NCBI GenBank assembly: GCA_965208835.1
Contig: OZ242358.1
Coordinates: 2,944,001 to 3,008,000, forward strand
Length of the DNA: 64,000 nucleotides
Source of the DNA: Candidatus Latescibacterota bacterium
GTDB lineage: Bacteria; Latescibacterota; UBA2968; GCA-2709665
Direction of reading: 5' to 3'
Made by a program: the position numbers and the translations under genes. The notes beneath the pieces are model-generated. The model made no database searches, was not told the origin of the DNA, and was given only the letters and a program-made list of their open reading frames with translations. Positions 31,671 through 41,261 of this stretch are shown here, piece by piece (within the stretch, counting starts at the first letter, position 1; every line of letters begins with the position of its first letter).

Positions 31671-32621
31671 ATGAGCGATAGCGGGACATTGCGAAGGTCG
31701 ACGAACGCACGAGGGGTCTACGTCTTCGTGATGACGCCGATGAAGACCGCCCTGAACCGAAAGGGCGCATATCGGATCGATACGGGGGGCCTGGAGAAAA
31801 ACGCGCGTTATTTTGCAGGGATCAAGGGCCGGAAGACCCTCGTGATCTGCGGCGGATCGGGGGAATTCTACGCCCTGTCGCCATCCGAAGTCAAAGATCT
31901 GGCCGCGGCAGCGGTTGCGGGCGTCCGGGGGTCGTGCAGGATCGTTTGCGGCATCGGATGGAGCACGGGAAAAGCCGTGAAGATGGCGGAAAGTGCGCAA
32001 GACGCCGGCTGCGACGCCCTGCTTGTCATGCCGCACGACCCCGTCGTTGCCCGAGGCGAAGCGGCGATCTGGCGACACCATCTGTCAATCGCGAAAGCCG
32101 TGAATATCGGCATCATCCCGTTCCGGGCACCGCGGCAACTAATCTCAATTGATCTTGTCAGGCGGTTTTCCAGGCTCGCCGGGGTCGTCGCTATCAAGGA
32201 GGAGAGCAATGCCGTCGACTGGGTGCGGACGGGCTGCAGGGCCATCGGCCACCGCGTGCCCATCATCACGGGCGGCGGCGAGAATATGGCGCCCTACTAC
32301 TATCTCGCGGGCGCCAGCGGATTCACAACGGGAATGGCCAACCTTACCCTGCCGATGTCCATCGAGATGCACAATGCCGGTATGCGGCGGCACTGGAAAT
32401 CGGCGATGGAACTCCGGGACTGGTTCGAGCCCCTGACAACCCTGAGGGGCGAACTCGGAACGCCCATGCTCAAGGCCGGTCTGGAGATGATGGGCCTTGC
32501 GGGAGGCCCTATGCGTGGCGAGGCGCAATCCCAACCGGCCGCGACCCCCACCAGCCGTATCCTTGCGGCAAAAGACCGCGCCAGGGTCCGACGCCTGTTG
32601 AAGAAAAAGGGGGTGTTTTAG
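31671..32621 (+). CDS. DapA-family enzyme, 5-dehydro-4-deoxyglucarate dehydratase-like
   Basis: GGSGEFYALS motif, Schiff-base Lys in AIKEE, GASGFTTGMAN. Confidence 0.8.
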   Translation: MSDSGTLRRSTNARGVYVFVMTPMKTALNRKGAYRIDTGGLEKNARYFAGIKGRKTLVICGGSGEFYALSPSEVKDLAAAAVAGVRGSCRIVCGIGWSTGKAVKMAESAQDAGCDALLVMPHDPVVARGEAAIWRHHLSIAKAVNIGIIPFRAPRQLISIDLVRRFSRLAGVVAIKEESNAVDWVRTGCRAIGHRVPIITGGGENMAPYYYLAGASGFTTGMANLTLPMSIEMHNAGMRRHWKSAMELRDWFEPLTTLRGELGTPMLKAGLEMMGLAGGPMRGEAQSQPAATPTSRILAAKDRARVRRLLKKKGVF

Positions 32622-32630
32622 CACCCCCTT
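32607..32630. terminator. Hairpin between convergent genes
   Basis: AAGGGGGTG-TTTTAG-CACCCCCTT. Confidence 0.55.
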
Positions 32631-32695
32631 GCTGACTCCCCCACCTCGGTAAGGGTTGAACTATTCGCATAATCACGTCCGTCCCCGGCCGGTCG

Positions 32696-33958
32696 TCACC
32701 CGGACCGCGGTTCGGACATCGTCAGATTGCCCTCCCCGTCGAAGTCCATTCCTGCCGGTTCGCCTGACACTTCCACCTCCGGCAACGCGGAGAGCTCCGG
32801 AAGCAGCGCCTCGGATGCCCAGAGGTGTTCCAGTTCCAGCGTCGATCGTATCCGCATCACTCTCACGCCGCCGTTCCCGCACGTGCCAAGCGCAATTTCG
32901 ATCGCCTCCCGGTCGTTTTCGCCCACGATGGGTATGTACGCGCGATTCAGGAACGTGCTGGTCATCGCGTTGGCGTACGTCGCCTTGAAGTCGATACGGT
33001 CCACAAGCCGGCGCGTGGTCACGTCAGCAAGGCCGATCCCATTGGCGTTGCCGTGCGTCTCGGGTGTCAGGTTCAGTACGACGATGCGTTCGATTCGCGG
33101 CAAATCCGGCTCCTCGACACCCGACAGCCATATCCGTCCGATGATATTGGGGTCCATTCCCGTTCCGCTGATATTCTTGCCGATCCGGTCCACGATCAGG
33201 AGGTCGATCCGTTCGACGGGTATCCGGGGCATCAGTTCCCGTGCCTCATCCAGCAGTGCCGGTTCGACCGCAGCAAGCTCGTCCGGCTCCACGGCAGCCA
33301 CTTTTGCCGTCTGCTCGCAGGCGTTTTCCAGGATCGCGACGCCGAGCGCGATGGGGGCCTCCCGAAGTATGATCCGCCCCCAGTCAGAGATCATCAGCGG
33401 CAATCCGTCCGCACCCATCGAATGCGCCAGCGTGGCCCCCCTGTGGGACCCCAATCCGATCGTCATCATCTTCATCAATCCGCTTTCGTACGGCCCGCGA
33501 AAGGACGTATGCGGCTTGATCCGGTTCACCAGCACCACCGCGTCGGCCTCTCTTGCCAACCGGTTCAGAACGACCGGAACGCCGTCTTCCGTCTTCCCGA
33601 CCTCCACCACGTCCATCGTGGCATCGACGGGCGCTCCCATCGTGGATTCCTCAATGCCGTACGAAGCGAGAATCGCTATCTGTCCGTCGGCAGTCGCCCC
33701 GCCGTGACTGCCCATCGACGCCAGGATGAATGGATCGCCCCCCAGTTCCCGGACGCAGTCCGCAATCGCCCTGGTCATCTGTGCAATCCGGTGAATACCC
33801 CTGCTGCCGGCCGTAATCGCAACCCGGTCGCCGCGGGAAATGCGTTCGCCCAGCGACGAGTTCAGAACACACGCGCGCGTCACGGCAACGGGGTCGTCCA
33901 GACTCTCCGCGTCAAACGTCTGCCGCAACGGAAACATCCGGGGAAGGTCCATCTCCAC
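32696..33958 (-). CDS. LarA-like (DUF362/DUF2088) putative nickel-pincer racemase/epimerase
   Basis: AITAGSRGI, MGSHGGATADGQ, NRIKPHTSF, ESGLMKM, GKNISGTGMDPN. Confidence 0.8.
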   Translation of the reverse strand: MEMDLPRMFPLRQTFDAESLDDPVAVTRACVLNSSLGERISRGDRVAITAGSRGIHRIAQMTRAIADCVRELGGDPFILASMGSHGGATADGQIAILASYGIEESTMGAPVDATMDVVEVGKTEDGVPVVLNRLAREADAVVLVNRIKPHTSFRGPYESGLMKMMTIGLGSHRGATLAHSMGADGLPLMISDWGRIILREAPIALGVAILENACEQTAKVAAVEPDELAAVEPALLDEARELMPRIPVERIDLLIVDRIGKNISGTGMDPNIIGRIWLSGVEEPDLPRIERIVVLNLTPETHGNANGIGLADVTTRRLVDRIDFKATYANAMTSTFLNRAYIPIVGENDREAIEIALGTCGNGGVRVMRIRSTLELEHLWASEALLPELSALPEVEVSGEPAGMDFDGEGNLTMSEPRSG

Positions 33959-33977
33959 CTTCTTCCATCAGGTCTTC

Positions 33978-34826
33978 CTACGATATCCGGAACACCGATT
34001 CCGCGTTTATGGTCGTGATGCGTTGAAAGGCGTCCTTTGAAAGATCGGCTTTCCGGATGAAGTCCAGCATCGGCGGGATACCGACGATGGAACACGCCGG
34101 CGACGGCCGGGTGTGGATGGTATCCGTGGCGAACATCAGCCGATGCTTCCAGCGCTTCAGGAAACTCAGCCCGAATGCCGGGTCTCGCGTAATGGCGTTA
34201 TAGCCCGACTGCGCCGAGAGGTCGGCATACAGATTCGGGTATTTCCGAAACAACGGGTCCAGACGCCCGCCGGGCGCCACCGGGCCCTCCGGATAGCGCT
34301 CGCCCTGCCCCACCTCACCTGAGATTTCCCGCCAGAAGTATTGCGCGTGGCCCACCCATTTTACGTTCCGGTAGGTCTTTACCATCCGTTCGAATCCCGG
34401 CAGTCCGGTGTCGTCACGGTTGATCCAGTGGTCGATATGCATGACGATTGCCAATCCCAGCCGGTCGCACGCCTCGTACACGCGCTGCTGCATCGGGTCG
34501 TCCACCGGAAGTCCGCAAAGGTTCTCGCCGTATCCCACGCATCCCCTGTCCATATAATGCTCGAGAATCGGGTACGGCTCGAAACTTCCGGGGTATCGAT
34601 GCCTCGGGTCGACGGCGCACAGCGGCAGCAGCCGGTCCCGGTGCGGCCTTGTGAGCCTCAGCAACTCTTTTGTCGTCATGTAGAAGTCGAGCTCTTCGGG
34701 CACCTCCACCGCCATCACAATCCCCTTCTCGATCCCATGGCGGTCCATCCAGCGCAACAGCCTGCCGGGGGTGAGCCCAGGGTCTTCCAGTACGAGTTGT
34801 CCAAGATGCAGGTGCGTATCGATCAT
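33978..34826 (-). CDS. Amidohydrolase_2-family metallohydrolase (paralog A)
   Basis: IDTHLH, YPNLYADLSA, LMFATD. Confidence 0.87.
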   Translation of the reverse strand: MIDTHLHLGQLVLEDPGLTPGRLLRWMDRHGIEKGIVMAVEVPEELDFYMTTKELLRLTRPHRDRLLPLCAVDPRHRYPGSFEPYPILEHYMDRGCVGYGENLCGLPVDDPMQQRVYEACDRLGLAIVMHIDHWINRDDTGLPGFERMVKTYRNVKWVGHAQYFWREISGEVGQGERYPEGPVAPGGRLDPLFRKYPNLYADLSAQSGYNAITRDPAFGLSFLKRWKHRLMFATDTIHTRPSPACSIVGIPPMLDFIRKADLSKDAFQRITTINAESVFRIS

Positions 34827-34881
34827 TGTCTGTTCTCCCGTGCGCACCGGTGGGCTGCCCGAGCACGCTCTCGACAGCCCC

Positions 34882-35703
34882 TCAGATCCGAAATACCTTT
34901 TCGGCGTTCTTCCGCGTGATGCGTTCGAAGGCGTCTTTCGACAGCGGCGCGTTTCTGATGTAGTCCACGATGGGCGTTTCCTGCCCCACTCTTAGGTAGT
35001 CGGTGGCGAACAACAACCGGTGTTTCCAGCGTTTCAGGAACGACAGTCCGAATTCGGGATCCCTCGTAATGGCCCCGTACCCGGACCCCGCTGAAAGGTC
35101 CGCGTACAGATTCCGGTACTTCCGGAAGAGCGCTTCTACCCTGCCGCCCGGGGCCACCCTTCCCCCGGGGTAACCCACCCCCGCATCCACGTCTCCGGAG
35201 ATTTCGCGCCAGAAGTGGGGAGAATGTCCTATGAAGTTCACATTTCTGTAGGTCTTCAGCATGCGTTCAAACCCGGTGAGGCCCGGCTTGTCCCTATTAA
35301 TCCAGGAATCGAAGTGCATCACGATGGCGATGTTCAACCGGTCGCACGCCTCGTAGACGCGTTCCTGCATCGGATCGTCCACGGGCAGACCGCACAGGTT
35401 TTCTCCGTATCCGACGCAACCCTGGTCCATGTAACTCGCGATGATCGGGTAGGGCTGGAAACGGCCGGGATACCGGTGACGCGGGTCTACGGCGCAAAGG
35501 GGTTTCAGCCTGTCGCGATGGGGGCGCGTCATTTTCAGCAGTTCCTTCGTCGTCACGAAGAAGTCCAGCTCCTCCGGAACTTCAACTGCCATCACCACCG
35601 CTTTTTCGATTCCCTGCCGGTCCATCCAGCGAAGGAGTTTGGCGGGTGTCAGCCCTGGGTTGTCGAACAGAAGTTGTCCCAGATGAACGTGTGTGTCGAT
35701 CAT
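34882..35703 (-). CDS. Amidohydrolase_2-family metallohydrolase (paralog B)
   Basis: IDTHVH, NLYADLSAGSG, LLFATDY; close paralog of the downstream gene. Confidence 0.87.
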   Translation of the reverse strand: MIDTHVHLGQLLFDNPGLTPAKLLRWMDRQGIEKAVVMAVEVPEELDFFVTTKELLKMTRPHRDRLKPLCAVDPRHRYPGRFQPYPIIASYMDQGCVGYGENLCGLPVDDPMQERVYEACDRLNIAIVMHFDSWINRDKPGLTGFERMLKTYRNVNFIGHSPHFWREISGDVDAGVGYPGGRVAPGGRVEALFRKYRNLYADLSAGSGYGAITRDPEFGLSFLKRWKHRLLFATDYLRVGQETPIVDYIRNAPLSKDAFERITRKNAEKVFRI

Positions 35704-35770
35704 CGATGTTATCTCCTCTCGAAAGCGCACCGCTACCCCGTCTTCGGCCCGGGTCGCGATTCCCGGGGGC

Positions 35771-36919
35771 CTACCCGCCTTTCGAACCCTTCCGCAGCGT
35801 ATCCATGATCAGAAGCGAAATCGACTGCACGGTCTCGTCCAGATCCGCATTCTCGAATGACGGCACGCCGGCGCCGTCGCCAACATCCAGAATGTGCTGC
35901 TGGATCTTCATGATCTGGTCCAGTGATTTGACGTACCGGTGCCGCGTGCGTCCGAAAGCCTTCTTGCCCCGACTTTCAAATCTGTCCGTAAATTGCTGCA
36001 AATCAGTAAGATATAGATTCAAATGGATAAACAGCGCTTTTCCGGAAAACGCTTCCAGTTCGAGCAGATCGGGCATCAGATGAACGCCGTCGACGATCAG
36101 ACTCACGTTTTCGTCGATCGCCCGTGCGATGGTGGCGCGGACGCCCACGGAGACGCGGGCCGCCTGTTCTCGGAACCCGTAAATGACGGGATCCGGGGCT
36201 TCGTCGGCAGGTACGGGGATCGCCTCCCACGCCGTGTATGACGAGACCTGTAATTCGGGCATGAGGTCGGACGAGATCATCAGTCGCATCACCTGCCGGA
36301 TTTCGTCGGTCGACGCGACGCGCGAAACCCGCAGCAGATTGGCGAGCGCCACGCCTACCGTTGTCTTGCCGACGCCCGTCCCGCCGCCGATCAGCACGAT
36401 CAGGGGCATCGTCCGCCCGCCATTGCGAAACCGGTTCCAGATGCCGTACCGCTCCGCGAACGCGTCGCCTGAATCGCTGCGGAGCATTTTCAGCGTGGCT
36501 TTCAGGATGTCGTCGCGGGAAACCACCGTACTGTCGTTCTGGATGAAATCGCCCTCGATCCGCTCGGCGATCCGATAGGCCTGGCTTTCGTCAACGCCGG
36601 TTATGGCCAGCGAGTCGGAGAGATGGTCCTTTGAAAAAGGCCGGGTACCCAGGTCGTCTTCGACCAGTATCTGCCTGGACCGCGGCGCCCAGAAAACGCC
36701 GTCTCCCACCGGACGGTCGGCGAAGAGTTCGCGCGCGTGGGTATGTACCAGGTCGATCATCTTGCCCGCGGGCACCTTTTTCTGCTTCTGAATGGAACTT
36801 CTGACCCGGTCCGCGACCTGATATGCCTCCCGGAAGGAGAACCCCTGCTCCAGCAGGTAGTGCGTCAGCATTCCTCTCAGGAAGGGAATGCGCCTTCCGC
36901 TATCTACGATAATGGCCAC
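35771..36919 (-). CDS. 2-phosphoglycerate kinase-like protein with two ATP-cone-like N-terminal modules
   Basis: PFLRGML and PFSKDHL repeats; LIGGGTGVGKTT P-loop; STDEIRQVMR; VDGVHLMP. Confidence 0.82.
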   Translation of the reverse strand: MAIIVDSGRRIPFLRGMLTHYLLEQGFSFREAYQVADRVRSSIQKQKKVPAGKMIDLVHTHARELFADRPVGDGVFWAPRSRQILVEDDLGTRPFSKDHLSDSLAITGVDESQAYRIAERIEGDFIQNDSTVVSRDDILKATLKMLRSDSGDAFAERYGIWNRFRNGGRTMPLIVLIGGGTGVGKTTVGVALANLLRVSRVASTDEIRQVMRLMISSDLMPELQVSSYTAWEAIPVPADEAPDPVIYGFREQAARVSVGVRATIARAIDENVSLIVDGVHLMPDLLELEAFSGKALFIHLNLYLTDLQQFTDRFESRGKKAFGRTRHRYVKSLDQIMKIQQHILDVGDGAGVPSFENADLDETVQSISLLIMDTLRKGSKGG

Positions 36920-37029
36920 GATAGTCCCTCGGACGCCGCATTTTTCGCATACAAAACGAGCTGGAATCGAGCAGTGCAGCGGCGAAACACGCTTCCGCCA
37001 GTGTTCTGTCCCGGAAATAAGTTGCCTAA

Positions 37030-37158
37030 ATTCGGCCGCTGAGTCGCCCGTCTCGCATCCTTCGACAGGCTCAGGAACCAGCGCCTGAGCACAGGCGACC
37101 TGCGAATGGTCGGCGAGCGAGGGGAACGTAGCGAGACGGGATGAATCGCCGGCCGAAT
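37030..37158. repeat. Palindromic REP/MITE-like element
   Basis: ATTCGGCCG/CGGCCGAAT and CCCGTCTCGC/GCGAGACGGG nested arms, enclosing CCTTCGACAGGCTCAGG. Confidence 0.6.
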
Positions 37159-37289
37159 GGTGAGGAATTTTTGGGACAGGACACTAAAATTAGGCCGGTC
37201 GGCGAATGGAAGTCAACCGAAATTGTACGCGACCGAGTTTCGACCCCCATCCCGGATTCGTCGTCCGACGCATCCGTTCACCGGGATTT

Positions 37290-38429
37290 TCACCCCTTGA
37301 AAGGCATGATTTCCAGCGGATATTCAGATAGGGTTTCCACGCCGGTGGGGGTGATCACGAACGTGTTTTCCAGACGGATTCCCGCGCGCAGTTCGTCACT
37401 GTATGCCCCAGGCTCGCAGGAGAACACATCGCCAACTTCAAATACCGCGTCGCGGTCGCGGTTGATGTCCGGCGCCTCGTGCGCCCGCAGCCCCACGCCG
37501 TGGCCGCCGTGGTGGATCAGGCCGGCTTCGGACAGATGCGCGTGCTCGCGAATGCGCGCGTCGATCGTCTTCCACAGCGCGGATGCGCGCTCTCCGGGCC
37601 TCACCAGGTCCGGAACGTCGCGCAGAATGCCGGCAAGGTGCTCGTAGACAGACATCTGCAGGTCGGTGGGCGCCCCTCCCACCGCGAAGGTTCGCGCCAG
37701 ATCGGACCAGTACCCGCGATACGTGGACTGGGCGTCTATGATGTAGAGTTCGCCCGCCTCAATCGTTCGGTCCCTCGCGGTCCCTCCGATGACACCGGCC
37801 TGATAGTCGCCGCCGTGATAGACGACCTCCCCCGCCGCCTTCATTGCCGCCTGCTGCGCCTCCGCCAGCACGTCGAGCTCGTTCACCCCGGGTTCGATCA
37901 CTTCCCGGGCGCGCGTATAGGCTGCCAGGTCGACCTCGACGCTCTTTCGCAGCAGCGCCAGTTCGTCGGCGTCCTTACGCTTGTGGAGGCCCGCCAGCAA
38001 GTCATCGACCGGCACCCAGGCATCCGGCGCCAGCCGTGCGTCCACCGTTTCCGCCAGCAACCGGTCGAGCCCCTCCTCCTGCCACCCGACGCGGGAGACC
38101 GGTATCCCGCCGCTCAACCTTGAAGACACCGCCTCATTGAGCTGGCGGACCGGATCGGGATTCATCGTGCTCATGACGTGCCATTCGTAGGTGATCCGGT
38201 CGTCCACCAGCGCTTCGCCATCCTCCGTATGTGCCGCCAGCCAGGAACCGCCATCCGTCTCGAAGAACAGGAAAGCCGGGAACTGGAACGCGGGGTATCC
38301 GCACAACAGCACGCCGGTCAGATAGTATATCTCGAGATGGTCCGTCAGGACGACCGCGTCAACACCTTCCGCATTCAGTCTGGCACGCAGCCTTTCCTGC
38401 CGGTCGCTGCAGCCTTCCAGCGTCAACAT
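37290..38429 (-). CDS. Xaa-Pro peptidase (M24) family protein
   Basis: DAQSTYRGYWSDLARTF, HHGGHGVGLRAHEAP, EPGAY, GIRLEN; ATG at 38429. Confidence 0.9.
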   Translation of the reverse strand: MLTLEGCSDRQERLRARLNAEGVDAVVLTDHLEIYYLTGVLLCGYPAFQFPAFLFFETDGGSWLAAHTEDGEALVDDRITYEWHVMSTMNPDPVRQLNEAVSSRLSGGIPVSRVGWQEEGLDRLLAETVDARLAPDAWVPVDDLLAGLHKRKDADELALLRKSVEVDLAAYTRAREVIEPGVNELDVLAEAQQAAMKAAGEVVYHGGDYQAGVIGGTARDRTIEAGELYIIDAQSTYRGYWSDLARTFAVGGAPTDLQMSVYEHLAGILRDVPDLVRPGERASALWKTIDARIREHAHLSEAGLIHHGGHGVGLRAHEAPDINRDRDAVFEVGDVFSCEPGAYSDELRAGIRLENTFVITPTGVETLSEYPLEIMPFKG

Positions 38430-38573
38430 GAAATGGACTCCTTTCCCTGTCAGCCGTGTTTTGCTGTTCAGACTTCCGTCTTTTTCGTATGATAACAGGA
38501 CCTGAGGCGGCCAGTCAAGCGAATTGGCCGCCAGAGATTTGGACACGGTAGCGATCAACCGGAAAGGAACGCT

Positions 38574-39608
38574 ATGGCATCTTTTCGTGCCGGTGTGGCA
38601 GGCGCAGGAAGCATCTCCCGAAGACACATCAGTGCGTGGCAGGCCCATCCCGACGTGGACCTGACCTGCATTGCGGACATCAGCGAGCAGGCCGTGAACA
38701 GCCGCGCGGATGAATTCGGCATCCGGAACCGCTATACCAGCCTTATGGACATGTTCAGCGAGGAACATATCGAGATCCTCAGCATCTGCACGTGGATGAA
38801 TACGCACGCGGACATCGCGGTTGCCGCGGCAGAGGCCGGAATTGCCGCCATCCTGTGCGAAAAACCGCTGGCCGGCAGCCTGGAGGAAGTGGACCGCATC
38901 ATCGATGCCGCAAACAGAAGCGGTACGCGCATCGCCGTGGGCCACCATCACCGGTTCCGTGCCGCCTGCGAAAATGGACGGGAACTCGTGCTGAGCGGCG
39001 CGATCGGGCAGCCCGTACTCTTTTACGTCCACACGACCGGCGGCCTGCTCAACAACGGCACCCACTTTGTCGACATTGCGCGGTACCTAATGGACGATCC
39101 CGATCCCGCGTGGGCGATCGGCCAGGTGGTGCGGCACACCGACCGGCACGAACGTCACGACCCTATCGAAGATCTTTGCGCGGGCATCGTCGCGCTGGAA
39201 AACGGCGCGCGCATCCAGATCGAAAGCGATATGCCCGAACCGGCGCCGCCGGACGGCGCGATGACGCTGCAGGGAACGGAGGGCACCCTGGTCGTCACAT
39301 CCAAAGGCGCGCGACTGCTCAACCCCGCCGGGGGGCAGGACGTCGACGCCGCGCAGGAGACGGACGTCGGGGTCCTGCAGGCCGCGGAACTGGTGGACTG
39401 GCTGGAAGGCCGCGTGAACGAGCACCGCAACGCCATCCGGACAAACCGCGGGACCATCGAAATCCTCATGGGCATCTACGAATCCGCCCGGATCCGCGAC
39501 ACGGTCACCTTCCCCCTCGAATCCGGACCCTCGCCGCTGCACCGGATGATCGACAGCGGAGACCTGCCCGTGACCGTGCCCGGGAAGTATGATATACGGA
39601 TAAGGTAG
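38574..39608 (+). CDS. Gfo/Idh/MocA-family oxidoreductase
   Basis: GVAGAGSIS, ILCEKP, GGLLNNGTHFVD. Confidence 0.92.
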   Translation: MASFRAGVAGAGSISRRHISAWQAHPDVDLTCIADISEQAVNSRADEFGIRNRYTSLMDMFSEEHIEILSICTWMNTHADIAVAAAEAGIAAILCEKPLAGSLEEVDRIIDAANRSGTRIAVGHHHRFRAACENGRELVLSGAIGQPVLFYVHTTGGLLNNGTHFVDIARYLMDDPDPAWAIGQVVRHTDRHERHDPIEDLCAGIVALENGARIQIESDMPEPAPPDGAMTLQGTEGTLVVTSKGARLLNPAGGQDVDAAQETDVGVLQAAELVDWLEGRVNEHRNAIRTNRGTIEILMGIYESARIRDTVTFPLESGPSPLHRMIDSGDLPVTVPGKYDIRIR

Positions 39609-39644
39609 ACTTTCCCGCCGACGTAAAACAACAGAGGAGCCATA

Positions 39645-40874
39645 ATGGCAACCAATCGTCGAACCCCCACCGTTACCGTGGGTTTGTCCGATGCCGATAT
39701 AACCGGGAACGACAACCGTGCGCTCCAGGCGGCCGTGGATTATATCGCGGGTCTGGGCGGCGGGACCGTGGAGATCGGCCCCGGGACCTATACGATGCGG
39801 GACTCGCTGCACCTTAGAAACCGGGTCACCATCCGCGGACAGGGTCCGGAATCCGTTCTCCTCAAGGCGGATGCCGTCGAGAGCCCGCTCACGCTCGACG
39901 GGGACTACGGCGAGGAACAGATCACGGTTGCCGACCCTGCGGGCTTCGCACCCGGTGTCGGAGTCAGCGTGACCGACGACAACTCGGGCGGATTTCACAC
40001 CGTCGTCTGCACGCTGATCTGGGCGGGCGGCAACACGTTCGGCGCCAGCAAGCCCATGCTGGGTGACTATCTCGTTTCCCGAAACGCCCGCGCGGCAACC
40101 ACGTTTCCGGTCATCAGCGGATATGGCGTCGCGGGCGCAGGAATAGAACGTCTGACGATCCAGGGCAATAAGAAAAACAACCCGTACCTCAACGGCTGCA
40201 GGGGCGCGGGCATTTTCCTGTACCGCAGCCATGGGACCAGCATCACCGGCTGTACGGTCGAAGACTACCATGGCGACGGGATCAGCTTCCAGCAAAGCAA
40301 CGATGTGTCGGTGGAAGGCTGCGTCTGCCGCGGGAATACCCACCTGGGCCTGCACCCGGGCAGCGGAAGCGGCTCGCCCGCCATCCGCAACTGCCGGTCG
40401 ACCGGAAACGGGCGCATCGGCCTCTTTCTCTGCTGGCGGGTCAGAAACGGGATCTTCGAGAACAACCGTCTCAATGACAACGGCGAGTCTGGAATCTCCA
40501 TCGGCCACAAGGATACCGACAACACGTTTCTGAACAATGAGGTCAACGGAAACGGAAGTGAGGGCGTGCTTTTCCGCGATGAATCCGAACCCATGGCGGG
40601 GCATCGGAACACCTTCGAGAGGAATGAAATACTGGACAACGGAGAGGGGTCTGACGGCTGCGGAATCCGTATCCTGGGCGAGACCCGCGACCTGACCTTC
40701 GTCGACAACCGCATCGGCAATTCATCGAAGGGCAAGCAGCGAACAGGCATCGTAATCGGCGAGAAATCAGGACGTATCGAACTCAGGGCGAATGATTTAT
40801 CTGGAAATGTTGATCGAGAGATCGAAGACCGGCGCGAGGGGAAACAAAACCGGACCAGGATTAAGCAGGATTGA
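39645..40874 (+). CDS. Right-handed parallel beta-helix (pectate lyase-like) protein
   Basis: ALQAAVD..GGGTVxIGPGTY cap; repeated GI...N stacks. Confidence 0.85.
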   Translation: MATNRRTPTVTVGLSDADITGNDNRALQAAVDYIAGLGGGTVEIGPGTYTMRDSLHLRNRVTIRGQGPESVLLKADAVESPLTLDGDYGEEQITVADPAGFAPGVGVSVTDDNSGGFHTVVCTLIWAGGNTFGASKPMLGDYLVSRNARAATTFPVISGYGVAGAGIERLTIQGNKKNNPYLNGCRGAGIFLYRSHGTSITGCTVEDYHGDGISFQQSNDVSVEGCVCRGNTHLGLHPGSGSGSPAIRNCRSTGNGRIGLFLCWRVRNGIFENNRLNDNGESGISIGHKDTDNTFLNNEVNGNGSEGVLFRDESEPMAGHRNTFERNEILDNGEGSDGCGIRILGETRDLTFVDNRIGNSSKGKQRTGIVIGEKSGRIELRANDLSGNVDREIEDRREGKQNRTRIKQD

Positions 40875-40905
40875 CTATGATTAAACAGGATTAACGGCTG
40901 ATTAA
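40856..40905. repeat. Degenerate 10-bp tandem repeat (CAGGATTAAn)
   Basis: GATT at 40859, 40869, 40879, 40889 and 40900. Confidence 0.6.
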
Positions 40906-41000
40906 GACCCGGTGAAAGACTCTGTTTGGCGTCTTTGGAACGAATGAGCAACCAGTAGTTTACATTATTTCACATCTTTGGCCTTGGATCCAGAGCCGCT

Positions 41001-41056
41001 CCCTGAGCTGCCACCCTGAGCCTGCGGTCCCTGAGCTTGTCGAAGGGTCGAAGGGT
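41001..41056. repeat. REP-like CCCTGAGCTTGTCGAAGGG cluster
   Basis: Three CCCTGAGC and two TCGAAGGG units; inverse of the motif near 37059. Confidence 0.6.
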
Positions 41057-41261
41057 GCCCCCCAGGCCGACGAAGGATCTACTGCAGCATCGGATCATCC
41101 CGGTGCGATTTGCACGTGTCGATAGCTGGGAGGCAGCACGTCCGCCTGCACCGCAGACGCATTTTGCGACACTTACGCACTTCTTCTTGGTTTTGCCTAC
41201 GTGAATTCTAAACGGTTCCTGAGGAAGAACTTGCTTCGTTTTATTCCAGAGGAAATTGAAT

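Noticed and set aside
38430-39065. N-terminal extension of the M24 peptidase (591-aa ORF)
   Set aside because: Overlaps the divergent Gfo/Idh/MocA gene; an SD-preceded ATG at 38429 gives a normal-length protein
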